A stretch of 64,000 bases of DNA from Chloroflexota bacterium. Its GTDB lineage: Bacteria; Chloroflexota; UBA6077; SHYK01. Of this stretch, positions 1 through 10,249 are shown in pieces. Every line of letters starts with the position of its first letter. The stretch's first letter is position 1. A program made the position numbers and the translations under genes. The stretch spans positions 180,400 through 244,399 of the forward strand of contig SHYK01000001.1 of assembly GCA_009692845.1 (NCBI GenBank). The letters are read 5' to 3'. A model generated the notes under the pieces. It made no database searches and was not told where the DNA came from. It saw nothing but the letters and a program-made list of their open reading frames with translations.

Positions 1-785
1 TCCGGGAGCGCGACGTCGAGGTGATGGTCGCTACGAAAGTGTGGCCGACGCGGATCGGCGCATCCGCGGTCGTGGCTGCCGCTCGGCGAAGTCTGGCGCG
101 GCTCCAGCGAGCATCACTCGATCTCTACCAGATCCACTGGCCCAATCCGGTTGTGCCGCTTGCGTGGACTATGCAAGGCATGCGGCGGCTACTTGATCAA
201 CGTTTGGTTGGGAGCGTCGGCGTAAGCAATTTTTCGGCCGGCCGCTGGGCTCGGGCCGAGACTTTACTGGGCAGTCCAGTCGTCTCGAATCAGATTCCCT
301 ATAGTCTCGTCCAACGGAGTCCCGAACGAAGCCTGCTTCCCTATGCGGTCCAGTCGAAGCGGGCGATCATTGCTTACAGCCCACTAGCCCAGGGCCTCTT
401 CTCCGGCGCCTATGGACCCGGCTACATTCCGTCCGGCGCTCGGTCTTGGAATCCGCTCTTTTCCGCGGGGCGGCTGGTCCGGGCCGAGGCACTGGCAGCC
501 GAGCTGCAGGTAGTCGGCGAACGGCACGCGGCGAAACCGACCCAGATCGCTCTGGCCTGGACGATCCGGTCCGGTAATGTGATTGCGATTCCTGGAGCGC
601 GACGGGACTGGCAGGTGGCGGAAAATGCCGCTGCCGCCGACATTGAGCTTAGCGATGAGGAGGCGGCGCGAATCGAGGCGGCGGCGCTTCCGTTGCAGCT
701 GGGTGGCGGATCACTCCTCTTGAGGGGGGGGCGCATCGCTCGTCAAGTCGTGGAAACCGGGCTCCGGCGTTGGACGTACAGGTGA
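1..785 (+). CDS. aldo/keto reductase family oxidoreductase (5'-truncated by window edge)
   Basis: Frame is open from position 3. Translation ...VATKVW...LDLYQIHWPNP...IPGARRDWQVAENA matches the AKR C-terminal two-thirds. N-terminus lies outside the window. Confidence 0.7.
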   Translation, partial: RERDVEVMVATKVWPTRIGASAVVAAARRSLARLQRASLDLYQIHWPNPVVPLAWTMQGMRRLLDQRLVGSVGVSNFSAGRWARAETLLGSPVVSNQIPYSLVQRSPERSLLPYAVQSKRAIIAYSPLAQGLFSGAYGPGYIPSGARSWNPLFSAGRLVRAEALAAELQVVGERHAAKPTQIALAWTIRSGNVIAIPGARRDWQVAENAAAADIELSDEEAARIEAAALPLQLGGGSLLLRGGRIARQVVETGLRRWTYR

Positions 786-2284
786 AGCTCGCAGAAATCG
801 CGGTGGCCATTCCAGGTGCGCGGATCGCGGCGCATTCGGAGATAGAGGTGAGGCGGGTCATCTTTGATTCCAGGCGGGCCGGACCGGGCGATCTCTTTGT
901 TGCTATCCACGGAGCCAATGCCGATGGAGCCGACTTCGCGCTGGCCGCGATCAATCGCGGAGCGGTCGCGATCGTTTCCGAGCGGGAGTTGAATATCGGC
1001 GTCGACGTCGGTCAACTGGTCGTCCCCAGTGCCCGCCGTGCGCTGGGGGAAGCAGCGAGTGCTCTGCTGGGTTACCCATCCGAGCGGCTCCGGCTGGTTG
1101 GAGTGACCGGCACGGATGGGAAGACCACGACGACTCACCTCATCGCGGCGGTCCTCGCCGCAGATGGTCGGCAAGTTGGTCGGCTAAGCACGGTCGACAT
1201 CGCCATCGGTGACGTGGTTCGGCCGAACCCGTATGGCAGGACGACGCCTGAGGCTTCAGATCTGCAAGAGGCGCTCCGCGAGCTAGTGGCCGCCGGAGTC
1301 GAAGACGCGGTGCTGGAGGTGAGCTCGCACGCGTTGGCTTTGGATCGGGTCTCAGGGTGCACATTCGACGCCGCCGTCTTTACGAATTTGGCACCGGAGC
1401 ACCTCGACTTCCATGGAACGATGGAGGCTTATGCGGAGGCAAAAGCCCGGCTATTTGGGATGCTCGATAGTCCGACTGTGAAGTACTGGAGTCGTATGGG
1501 CATCGTCAACGCTGATGACCCATACAGCTTCACGATGATCGGCGCAAGCCCGGTGGGCATCGTTAGCTACGGCCTGGACACTCCATCCGACGTCATGGCG
1601 GTCAACCTGAATCTGCTGCCGGACCGAACTCAGTTCAAGCTGGTGACACCGCTGGGCGAATGGGAAATCGTGAGCCGGCTTCGAGGCCGGCACAACGTTT
1701 ACAACTGGCTAGCCGCGGCGGCGCTCGCGCTCGGCTGGAATATCGATCTCGAAAGGGTGGCGGAGGCGGCGGAGCATACGTCGGCTCCGCCCGGCCGTCT
1801 GCAAGACATTGTGTGCGGACAGCCGTTTCGGGTCGTCGTGGACTTCGCGCACACGCCGCAAGCTCTCGCTGCGACCCTAGGGACCTTGCAGGGGCTTGGC
1901 AGCGGGCGGTTATATTTGGTGTTCGGAATGGCCGGCCAGCGCGACGCTCGGAATCGCCCGGAGATGGGTCGGCTGGCAGCGGACGGCACTCACTTCTTCA
2001 TCATTTCTACCGACGATCCGATCGACGAAGACCCGGCGGAAATCGCAGACCAGATCGCGATCGGGGCACAGGTGGTAGGTGCCCAAGAAGATATTGATTA
2101 CGCTGTGGAGCTCGACCGACGACTAGCCATCCAGACGTTGCTCAAGCGGGCAAGACCCGGCGACACCGTGCTTCTAGCTGGGAAAGGCCATGAGGACCGG
2201 ATGCTTATCGGGGACCGCTCGGTACCCTGGAGTGACGTGCAGGTGGCGAGCGAGATTCTCGCCGAGCTTGGGTTCGGGCCGTGA
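770..2284 (+). CDS. murE: UDP-N-acetylmuramoyl-L-alanyl-D-glutamate--2,6-diaminopimelate ligase (Mur ligase, MurE type)
   Basis: 504 aa. N-terminal DSRRAGPGDLFVAIHGANADG; P-loop GVTGTDGKTTTTHLIA; LAPEHLDFHGTMEAYAEAKARLF. TTG start overlaps the AKR stop. Confidence 0.8.
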   Translation: MDVQVKLAEIAVAIPGARIAAHSEIEVRRVIFDSRRAGPGDLFVAIHGANADGADFALAAINRGAVAIVSERELNIGVDVGQLVVPSARRALGEAASALLGYPSERLRLVGVTGTDGKTTTTHLIAAVLAADGRQVGRLSTVDIAIGDVVRPNPYGRTTPEASDLQEALRELVAAGVEDAVLEVSSHALALDRVSGCTFDAAVFTNLAPEHLDFHGTMEAYAEAKARLFGMLDSPTVKYWSRMGIVNADDPYSFTMIGASPVGIVSYGLDTPSDVMAVNLNLLPDRTQFKLVTPLGEWEIVSRLRGRHNVYNWLAAAALALGWNIDLERVAEAAEHTSAPPGRLQDIVCGQPFRVVVDFAHTPQALAATLGTLQGLGSGRLYLVFGMAGQRDARNRPEMGRLAADGTHFFIISTDDPIDEDPAEIADQIAIGAQVVGAQEDIDYAVELDRRLAIQTLLKRARPGDTVLLAGKGHEDRMLIGDRSVPWSDVQVASEILAELGFGP

Positions 2285-3416
2285 TTGATCCCAATCAGGT
2301 TGATGCCAATCAGGTCGCACCCACCGAAATCGACCAGGCAGCGACCTCGCCCCATTTCACGCAATTCCAGCGCTTGCATGCTCTTTCCGCAGCGGTCATT
2401 GTGGTCGTGGCGCTCGGGCTTCCGCTAGTGATGCCTGACACCCGTGGGGCAGTTCCGGCCATCTATGTTGGGGCGGCCGCACTGGCTATTTTTTCGATCC
2501 TGTGGCATCTCGTGCTCCCTCCCGCGCGGCGGGGTCGAGGCAGCCTCTTGGTGGACGAGTTGGTCCAGACTGGTGCGGCGGTGGGATTGTTCGTCCTAGC
2601 CGGAGCTGCGGAACCCCCCCTTTCTTTCTCTTCTACCCGCCCTTGATTCTGGGCGGCCTTACCGCTGGGCCGCGGGCGACCATCGTGATCGCAGGCGCTG
2701 CGACTCTGGGTTTCCTGGGAGCTACTCTGCTCTCCGGCATTACCGGGGCCGCCTTTGTCTCAGTCACTTGGTGGGGGAACGCGATCGCGGTCTGGATTGT
2801 GGCTGCCACGGCGGGATTGGTCGGGATTGAAGTCAACCGGACTCACCGAAGAATGGCAGAGCAGATGGAGCGCTCCGAGCTGTACTCGAACGTGGATTGG
2901 CTGACCGGTCTTTACAACCGGCGGCACCTCGAGTTCGTCCTGCCGCAAGAAATCGCTCGAGCCCACCGTAACGGTCGGCCGGTCTCCCTGTTGATAGTGG
3001 ATGCGGATCACCTCAAGGCCGTGAACGATAATCTGGGCCACCTGATGGGTGATCAGCTACTCACGCACATCTCAGAAGTGATGAAGTTGCAGATGCGCCT
3101 GGTCGATACGGTGATCCGGTTTGGCGGAGACGAGTTTGTCATCATCATGCCCGACACTGATTCCGCCGGTGCTTTCATCCCGTCTGAGCGGATTCGCGCC
3201 GTTATGTCCGGTTATGAATTGAGCGCTGATGGTATCGCCGTCGAGACCAGCATCAGCGCTGGGCTAGTGACCTTTCCGGAGGACGCTCAGGATGGTTCCA
3301 GCCTGTTGGCCGCGGCCGATTCGGCTCTGTATGTGAGTAAGCGGGACGGAAGGGATCGAGTCACCGTGTACCGGCCGGAGTACAGTGGGGTCACGGAGCC
3401 GGTGGGGCGAGATTGA
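2281..3416 (+). CDS. membrane-anchored GGDEF diguanylate cyclase, interrupted by a frameshift in a C7 homopolymer (2614-2620)
   Basis: ORF 2281-2646 (hydrophobic N-terminus) and ORF 2502-3416 (TM segments plus GGDEF: NRRHLEF...RFGGDEFVIIMPD) are in different frames. One extra C in the C-run fuses them into ...LAGAAEPPPFFLFYPPLILGG... Confidence 0.6.
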
Positions 3417-3492
3417 GCGCGATTCACGATTGGCCGGGTGCTCGATCGGTGTCAAGGTGGCCCGTCTAGAGGTTAAGAGCCGACCGAGACGG

Positions 3493-5199
3493 ATGGCCCT
3501 TTTGGTGGCTGGGGCCCTGGCCATCCTCAGTTCTTCGTGCAATGATCGTCTTGGCTGGTCGGACCCTGATGGCGACCAGCGGGTATCCGTCGTCAGCCAG
3601 ACCCTGGTCATCCTCGCTCGGGCGGAGCCGGAGACGTTGGCCGCCCGGGAATTTGTCCCACTCAACGGCCCCCGGCTTATCAGCGTCCTGCGGCTATTGA
3701 ATGCCGGGCTCGCCATGCTCGATGGGCAGGAAGTCGCGCGGCCTTATCTGGCGGTCCAGCTTCCCCGGCTGGATACCGATACCTGGCGGCTCCTTCCTGA
3801 CGGTGAGATGGAAACCACCTATGCTTTGCGGCCCAATCTCACCTGGCATGATGGGAGCCGGCTTTCCGCGGAGGACTTTGTGTTTGCCTGGCGGGTCTAT
3901 GCGGACTATGGGGCAGGGCAGGCGACGCTCGGACCCATGAGCGAGATCGACCAGGTGACCGCGCCCGATGCGCGGACGGTCGTTATCCATTGGAAGCACC
4001 CCTACCCGGGGGCCGGATCTCTCGAGGCGAGGGGCTTCCAGCCCCTTCCGCGAAGTCGGCTGGAAGCCCAATATCGGAGGGGTGCGACCGACGCCATGGC
4101 GAGAAGTGCTTTTTGGACCACCGAATACGTCGGGCTCGGGCCGTACAAGCTAGCGAAGTGGGAGCCAGGGAGCTACCTGGACGTGGCGGCTTTCGATGGC
4201 CATGCGTGGGGCCGCCCCAAGATCGCTCGCATCCGGGTTCGGTTTATGACCGATCTGGACGCGGCGCTGGCATCGCTAATTTCGGGAGACGTCCAGGTGG
4301 CCCTCGACGACGCCATCCGGTTTCCCCAGGCGGGTGCTTTGGACCGCGAGTGGTCCTCGAGAGACGGCGGAACGGTGTTGGTTGTGCCCAACCAGTGGCG
4401 CCGCGCTGAAATTCAGCAGCGGGCGGACTTTGCGAGTCCGCGAGCGATACTCGATGCGCGAGTTCGGAGAGCGTTGGCGTACTCAGTCGACCGGGGCGCT
4501 CTTAACGACGCGCTGTTTGGTGGAGCCGCGACCCTTGCTGATACCTTCATCCCCCCGACCGTGGTGTATTACCCGCTAGTGGAGCAATCCCTGGCTCGCT
4601 ATCCCTATGATCTGCAGCGAGCCGAAAAGCTCATGGAGGAGGCGGGTTTCACCAAAGGTCCGGACGGAATCTACCTTCATCCGACCCAGGGGCGATTTGT
4701 GGGGGACCTCCGTGTGAATGCGACGCCGCTCGCTCAAACGGAGGTCGCAACCTTGGCCGATGGTTGGCTGCGAGCGGGCTTTGACCTCCACTCGGTGACG
4801 GTGCCGCCCGCGCAGTCGCGTAGCCGAGAGATGCGAGGCGGCTTTCCAACTCTCTACACGGTGGGAGGGACCCCCGGAGCGGGAGCGGTGGGGGGCTTCA
4901 TTTCGACGAGCGTTGCAGGGCCGAAGAATGGTTGGGTGGGGACCAATCGGAGCGGCTGGACAAATTCGGAGTACGATCGCGCTTATGTGAGCTTCGGTAG
5001 GACGCTGGATTCGGGGGAGCGCAGCAATCAGATGATTGAAATGGCGCGACTCTTGAGCCGGTCCGCAGCGGCGATCTCCCTCTACTTTACGCCCCAGGTG
5101 GTTGCCTATTCGGCCAAGGTTGACGGTCCTCAGCCCTTCTCTCCCGGGAGCGATCCGACCTGGAATATCCATCAATGGGAGCTGCGGGCGTCGAGCTAA
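3493..5199 (+). CDS. ABC transporter substrate-binding protein, family 5 (peptide/nickel type), lipoprotein
   Basis: ATG at 3493 gives MALLVAGALAILSSSCND (signal peptide plus lipobox-like Cys). ~570 aa, size and composition typical of family-5 SBPs. Tool ORF starts 108 nt earlier. Confidence 0.65.
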   Translation: MALLVAGALAILSSSCNDRLGWSDPDGDQRVSVVSQTLVILARAEPETLAAREFVPLNGPRLISVLRLLNAGLAMLDGQEVARPYLAVQLPRLDTDTWRLLPDGEMETTYALRPNLTWHDGSRLSAEDFVFAWRVYADYGAGQATLGPMSEIDQVTAPDARTVVIHWKHPYPGAGSLEARGFQPLPRSRLEAQYRRGATDAMARSAFWTTEYVGLGPYKLAKWEPGSYLDVAAFDGHAWGRPKIARIRVRFMTDLDAALASLISGDVQVALDDAIRFPQAGALDREWSSRDGGTVLVVPNQWRRAEIQQRADFASPRAILDARVRRALAYSVDRGALNDALFGGAATLADTFIPPTVVYYPLVEQSLARYPYDLQRAEKLMEEAGFTKGPDGIYLHPTQGRFVGDLRVNATPLAQTEVATLADGWLRAGFDLHSVTVPPAQSRSREMRGGFPTLYTVGGTPGAGAVGGFISTSVAGPKNGWVGTNRSGWTNSEYDRAYVSFGRTLDSGERSNQMIEMARLLSRSAAAISLYFTPQVVAYSAKVDGPQPFSPGSDPTWNIHQWELRASS

Positions 5200-6465
5200 T
5201 CATCCCTCGCTGGCCGGGCAGTGCCCGTGCTCGATGTGGTAGGCGAAGTCCTCCGGGAAGAGGCGGATCGCTGAGGTCAGCGGCGGAATGGGCATAGAGA
5301 TCAGTCCGCAAAAGCCCTTTCCCCGTGCGAAGGCGCCCAATTTGGGGATTTGATCCAGCATTTGCTGACTGCCTTGTCCGTCCCGAACTTGGGCGGTGAT
5401 GCGCGCAAGCGCCTGGGTCTCCATCTGGCAGATTGGGCACTGGCCGCACGACTCCTTCTGGAAGAAATGGGCAATCCCATCCACCACCTCGACCAAGCAT
5501 TCGCCGGCTTCGATGATGCGTAGAATCCCGCAACCGAGCGCTGATCCCAGCGCCGCCAATGGCTGGCGGTCCATGGCGACGTCCAAGTCGGTGCCGCCGA
5601 TGAACGCGCTGGAGGGACCGCCTGGAAGCACGGCCTTTATCGCTTTTCCGCTGGCTAACCCGCCCCCATAGTCTTCGATCAACACGCGCAGGGAGATCCC
5701 GATGGGTAGCTCCACCACACCTGGTGAGCGGACATTGGACGGCAAGGTGAACAGCATAGTTCCCGGGTTGTCGGCGGTCCCCTGCCCACGAAACCAATCG
5801 GGGCCGCGTCGAACAATCGTCGGTATGAAGGCGAAGGTCTCGATGTTGTTTACCACCGTAGGCTTGCCGTGCAGCCCCGCGCTGGTCGGGAAGGGAGGCT
5901 TTTCGCGCGGCAGCGGCGGGCCGCCTTCGATGACCTCCAGGACCGCCGAATCTTCGCCGGCAACGTATTCCTGGGGGGCGGACTGAATGCGGACGGCCAG
6001 GTTGAAGGCCGAACCGGCCACCCGAGCGCCCAGGAAACCGGCCGCCGACGCCTCGGTGATGGCTCGGTCCAGCATCGCGGTCGCGTGGTCATACAGGGAA
6101 TTGACGTAGAGCACCGCTTCGTGGGCACCGATCGCATAGGCGGCCAGAATCACACCTTCCAGCACGCGATGCGGGTAACTTTCCATGAGCACTCGGTCCT
6201 TGGCGCTTCCGGGCTCATCTTCTCCGCCGTTGGCCACGACATATTTTTGGGTCTCCGCCTCGCTGGCGGCCAGCCGCCATTTTTGGCCAACTGGGAATCC
6301 AGCTCCGCCTCGTCCCCGCAGGCCCGATCGCTCGATTGTCGATAGGAGGTGCTCGGGGAGACGCTTTACGGCTGCGGAGAGTGCCTCGTAGCCGCCTTCC
6401 CCCTGGTAGTCAGCAAGCGGCTGGGGATCGGCACTACCCGGTCTGGTGAGCAGGATTGGCTCCAT
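5200..6465 (-). CDS. NuoF-like NAD(H)-binding FMN/4Fe-4S flavoprotein (51 kDa subunit family)
   Basis: GRGGAGFPVGQKW (NADH/FMN site); C-terminal ESCGQCPICQ 4Fe-4S motif. 421 aa. Confidence 0.8.
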   Translation of the reverse strand: MEPILLTRPGSADPQPLADYQGEGGYEALSAAVKRLPEHLLSTIERSGLRGRGGAGFPVGQKWRLAASEAETQKYVVANGGEDEPGSAKDRVLMESYPHRVLEGVILAAYAIGAHEAVLYVNSLYDHATAMLDRAITEASAAGFLGARVAGSAFNLAVRIQSAPQEYVAGEDSAVLEVIEGGPPLPREKPPFPTSAGLHGKPTVVNNIETFAFIPTIVRRGPDWFRGQGTADNPGTMLFTLPSNVRSPGVVELPIGISLRVLIEDYGGGLASGKAIKAVLPGGPSSAFIGGTDLDVAMDRQPLAALGSALGCGILRIIEAGECLVEVVDGIAHFFQKESCGQCPICQMETQALARITAQVRDGQGSQQMLDQIPKLGAFARGKGFCGLISMPIPPLTSAIRLFPEDFAYHIEHGHCPASEG

Positions 6466-6501
6466 GATCGAACGCCCTCCGATGAAGTCTCGCGACGGGG
6501 C

Positions 6502-6843
6502 CTAAAGGTCGCCGAGGCTGTCCAGGATCTCCAGTATCAGCTCTCGAAGATCTGGATCGACTCCTTCGGAGAGACGGTCGACTGGTGATCCTCCCAGGAT
6601 ATGGTTGGCGATCTCGGGGACATCCGACGGTTGCACTCCCGAGTACCACGTACCCTGCGGATAGAGCACCAGGTTGGGACCTTCGGTGCAAGCACCGAAG
6701 CAGATGTAGGGCTTGACCTCCACGGTGCTCCCGGCCGCGGCCAGGCGCGCAGCAATCGCTTCCCCCACCTCGATGGAGCCTCGCGACTTGCAGTCGATGT
6801 TGTGGCAGACGAGGCAGAGCGCTATTTCGGGGCTACGCTCCAT
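6502..6843 (-). CDS. NuoE-like thioredoxin-fold [2Fe-2S] ferredoxin (24 kDa subunit family)
   Basis: CLVCHNIDC...ICFGACTEGPNLVLYP, the four-Cys pattern of NuoE/HoxF N-terminus. ATG at 6843 lies 4 nt after the upstream gene's stop. Confidence 0.75.
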   Translation of the reverse strand: MERSPEIALCLVCHNIDCKSRGSIEVGEAIAARLAAAGSTVEVKPYICFGACTEGPNLVLYPQGTWYSGVQPSDVPEIANHILGGSPVDRLSEGVDPDLRELILEILDSLGDL

Positions 6844-6847
6844 GCAG

Positions 6848-7789
6848 TCAGGCGAGCGGGGCGAAGGTCGGGGCAGGCATGCCCAGGTGTTCGGCAAACC
6901 AGTTGAGAGTGTCCATCCAGGCCTCGGGAGCGGTCACCGGGTTGTAGGAGGCCCCGGTATCGTTGTGGAAGGCGTGCTGCGATCCGGGATAGACCTTCAT
7001 CGTGTAGGTGATGCCCGCCGCATCCAAGGTGGGCTGAGTCGCCAGACCCCTGGCGGTCGTCCCTGTGTCGAGCTCGGCATAGACTCCCAGGACCGCCGCT
7101 CGAATCTGGGGGATCCCAACGGTGGGCGGCGGCGTCCCGTAAAAAGGCGCGGCCGCCACCAGGTCCGGGTAGAGAGTGGTCAACTCCCAGATCACGCCGC
7201 CGCCGAAGCAAAATCCGATCGCTGCCAGCTTGGTCGAGTCCACGGCCGGGCGGAGCTTCATGAAGTCGAGCGCGGCGACGAAATCCAGTGGATTCTGACG
7301 CGCCGACAAGCGTGACTGAGCCGGCCTAATCGCATCTGGCGCGAGTTCGTCAGTGGGCGGCCCCACATGCGAGAGCAGGTCCGGGGCGATGGCTACGTAG
7401 CCTTGTTTGGCGAACCGGCGGGCGACGTCTTTGATGTGAGCGTTGAGCCCTTGGTTTTCCTGGCATACCGCCACACACGGTAAGCTGTTGGGAGCCATCT
7501 CGCCGGAGGGCCAGGCGACGTAGGCCTTCATCTGGGTTCCGTCGGTCGTGTCGTACCAGACCCACTCGGGCGTGATTGAGGGGTCGTCTTCCTCGACGTG
7601 GAAAGGTGAAGTCGCGGCCAGAGTGGCCGCCCGGGCCGTCCCCGGCGTGACCGTTCGCGCAACGGCGGATGCGGCTGCTGCGGCCATCCCGAACAATCCG
7701 GCCCGGCGCAGAAACTCCCGCCGATCGATCCAGCCATCGCGAAAGTGCTCGAGCTCTTCTTCAACCAGGCGTTGCTGGATCTCGTTCAC
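6848..7789 (-). CDS. dienelactone hydrolase family protein with twin-arginine (TAT) signal peptide
   Basis: DRREFLRRAGLFGMAAAAASAVA...ARA is a classic TAT signal. DLH-fold motifs (GFCFGGG nucleophile elbow, YPGSQHAFHND). GTG start at 7789 preceded by GGAGGGG; the 475-aa tool ORF extension overlaps coxL and was rejected. Confidence 0.6.
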   Translation of the reverse strand: MNEIQQRLVEEELEHFRDGWIDRREFLRRAGLFGMAAAAASAVARTVTPGTARAATLAATSPFHVEEDDPSITPEWVWYDTTDGTQMKAYVAWPSGEMAPNSLPCVAVCQENQGLNAHIKDVARRFAKQGYVAIAPDLLSHVGPPTDELAPDAIRPAQSRLSARQNPLDFVAALDFMKLRPAVDSTKLAAIGFCFGGGVIWELTTLYPDLVAAAPFYGTPPPTVGIPQIRAAVLGVYAELDTGTTARGLATQPTLDAAGITYTMKVYPGSQHAFHNDTGASYNPVTAPEAWMDTLNWFAEHLGMPAPTFAPLA

Positions 7790-7839
7790 TGCCCCTCCGG
7801 TTTCGTGGACCACTTCTCGTTCTACGCCGGGTAGCCGGC

Positions 7840-10140
7840 TCAGGATTTCCCACGCGCCTGGATGGCTGCCAGCACCCGCTCGGGAGTCAAAGGAGCCTGA
7901 GTGACCCGGACGCCGATGGCATCCTCCACTCCATTGGCGATGGTGGCTGCCACCGGAATGCAGGGCGTTTCCCCCACCCCCTTGGCCCCAAACGGCCCGA
8001 AAGTGGACGGCACCTCCACCAACTCGACGGTTAGCTCGGGGATCCCGGGCGCAGTGGGCAGGAGGTACTCCCACAAGTTGGCATTCAGGTTCGTCCCGTT
8101 CTCGGAGAGGATCTCCTCGCTCAGCGCATATCCCAGGCCGAAAACGACTCCGCCTTCGATCTGCCCCTTGCAATTGCGCGGATTCAGCGCGCGTCCTACG
8201 TCCTGCGACGTGTAGTACTTGGAAACGCTGATCAGACCGGTCTCGGGATCCACAGAGAGCTTCGCTACGTGGCAAGCGAAGCTCGGAGCGTCCACGGTTT
8301 CCGTCCGTTCCTCGCCCTGCTCGCGAATCTCGCGCTCGCGATCCTCGGCGTCGGTGCCAATGATGGGCCCCGAGGACGAGCCGCCCGCCGTCTGGGCGAT
8401 CTCGGCGACAGTGAGGCGCTTGCTGCCATCGGATCGAGAGAAGACCTCCCCGTCCTGGGTGTCCAGTTCCTCCTCGTCCACTCCTAGTCGCTCCGATGCG
8501 AGCCGCAGCAGCTTCCGTCGGGCATCCTCGGCGGCCTGCCGAATCACGTTACCCACTCGGTAGGTGGTCTGACTCCCGCCCGTTCCCTGCTCCTGAGGGG
8601 TAGCCTCTGTGTCAGCCGCGATCACGCTGACCCGCTCAATGGGGACGCCGAGGACTTCCGCAGCGACTTGACGCACGATCGTCCACTGGCCGCCGCCCTG
8701 GTCGGTGACCCCGGTCAGGACGACGACCCCTCCGTCCATGTCGATCCGGACGGTTGCCGAGCTGTTCACCTTGGCTGGGTTGGGATGCAGCGCCCACAAG
8801 GACAGGGCGACGCCCACGCCCTCATTCGGGCCTATGTCACCGAGGTTGCTGGCCATCCAGTCCCTTGCTCTTTCGATGCACGCCTGAAGGCCAACGTTGC
8901 GCAGGATTCCGTGTCCGGATGGGGCGGTGTCGCCATCGCGCAGCGCATTCTGGAGCCGCAGATCGAGCGGGTCTCGCCGCAGCAAGCGGGCGAGGCTATC
9001 CATATGAGACTCGGTGGCGAAGCTCGTCTGAGGTCCTCCGGGTGCGCGGACGTGTCCGGCCGGTGAGGAGTTCGTGTAGGCTGAGGTCGCGACCACTCGG
9101 GCATTCGGGATTCGGTAGGCGCCGATCAGGCTGTTCGCGGCTCCGGCCCCGCCACCCCCGGTGTCGTCCACTCCCCCCACGTTCATGAGCATGGTGCCGT
9201 CGAGCGCGACAATGGATCCATCGGGTCGCACGCCCATCTTGAGTCGGATGACACACGAGGGGCGCGACGTCATCGCCGTGATCTCTTCCATACGCGAGAG
9301 GGTCAAGCGGACTGGCCGACGGGCTTTCCGGGAGAGCAGAGCCACGATGGGCTCGATGAAAGCGGCTCCCTTCCCCCCAAAGTCCCCGCCGACGACCGGA
9401 GAGATGAGGCGGACCCGCGAAAGCGGGAGGCCCAGGGTGTCGGCCACGCTCTGGCGCTCCCCAAATGGCGCCTTGGTGGCTGCCCAAACCGTGACCTTAC
9501 CGTCTGGATCGGTCTGAGCGATGGCCGCATGGGGCTCGGTAAAAGCCTGGCTCTGGCGAGGGGTGCGATAAGTGGCCTCGTAGATGATCAGCCCTGGCTC
9601 GGCGAACGCCTGATCCACGCTGCCAACTTCGTGGACCACTCGGTTGCGCATGTTGCCGCTACGCTCCGGTCGCCCGGTGTCAACATAGCTGGGAAGATCG
9701 GGATGTAGGATGGGCGCTCCCGGGGCCAGGGCCTCCTCCGGGTCGAAAACTGCCGGCAGCTCTTCGTACTGGACCTTAATGAGCCGAATCGCGCGTTCGG
9801 CGGTTTCTTCGTTGACCGCCGCCACGGCGGCGACCGGTTCCCCGAAGTACAGAACCTTCTCTCTGGCAAGTGCGTGCCGATCTCGAATGAAACGGCCAAT
9901 CCGAGTCGGAGGTACGTCTTTCCCGGTCACGACCGCGTAGACGCCGGGCAGCGCTTCCGCCTCCGCAGTGTCAATAGAAAGAATGCGGGCGTGGGCATGG
10001 GTGCTCCGCAGCACCTTGGCTTCGAGGGTGCCAGGGAAACGAACGTCGCCCGCGTAGGCGGCGCCACCGGTCGCCTTGGAATAAGCGTCCCGTTTGGGAA
10101 TCGATTGTCCGATAGTCCGGAGCGCGGTTGGTGCAGCCAT
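7840..10140 (-). CDS. xanthine dehydrogenase family molybdopterin-binding large subunit (CoxL/aldehyde oxidase-like)
   Basis: 766 aa. N-terminal IGQSIPKRDAYSKATGGAAYAGD; overall architecture of the MoCo-binding subunit of XDH/CODH-family hydroxylases. Confidence 0.8.
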   Translation of the reverse strand: MAAPTALRTIGQSIPKRDAYSKATGGAAYAGDVRFPGTLEAKVLRSTHAHARILSIDTAEAEALPGVYAVVTGKDVPPTRIGRFIRDRHALAREKVLYFGEPVAAVAAVNEETAERAIRLIKVQYEELPAVFDPEEALAPGAPILHPDLPSYVDTGRPERSGNMRNRVVHEVGSVDQAFAEPGLIIYEATYRTPRQSQAFTEPHAAIAQTDPDGKVTVWAATKAPFGERQSVADTLGLPLSRVRLISPVVGGDFGGKGAAFIEPIVALLSRKARRPVRLTLSRMEEITAMTSRPSCVIRLKMGVRPDGSIVALDGTMLMNVGGVDDTGGGGAGAANSLIGAYRIPNARVVATSAYTNSSPAGHVRAPGGPQTSFATESHMDSLARLLRRDPLDLRLQNALRDGDTAPSGHGILRNVGLQACIERARDWMASNLGDIGPNEGVGVALSLWALHPNPAKVNSSATVRIDMDGGVVVLTGVTDQGGGQWTIVRQVAAEVLGVPIERVSVIAADTEATPQEQGTGGSQTTYRVGNVIRQAAEDARRKLLRLASERLGVDEEELDTQDGEVFSRSDGSKRLTVAEIAQTAGGSSSGPIIGTDAEDREREIREQGEERTETVDAPSFACHVAKLSVDPETGLISVSKYYTSQDVGRALNPRNCKGQIEGGVVFGLGYALSEEILSENGTNLNANLWEYLLPTAPGIPELTVELVEVPSTFGPFGAKGVGETPCIPVAATIANGVEDAIGVRVTQAPLTPERVLAAIQARGKS

Positions 10141-10249
10141 CTCTCAACTCCTCAGCGAGGGGGTCGCGCGGAACGTAATCGGCTCGTCTCCCAACCAGTT
10201 CCTGGTTGTCTCCCAGGGGTTCGGGGGCCCGTGCAGGCGGGCCTTTTTC

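Noticed and set aside
6848-8275. 475-aa version of the dienelactone hydrolase ORF
   Set aside because: The N-terminal 160 codons overlap the coxL C-terminus in another frame and are Arg/Gly-rich. A GTG with GGAGGGG RBS directly precedes the TAT signal, giving a normal-length mature protein.
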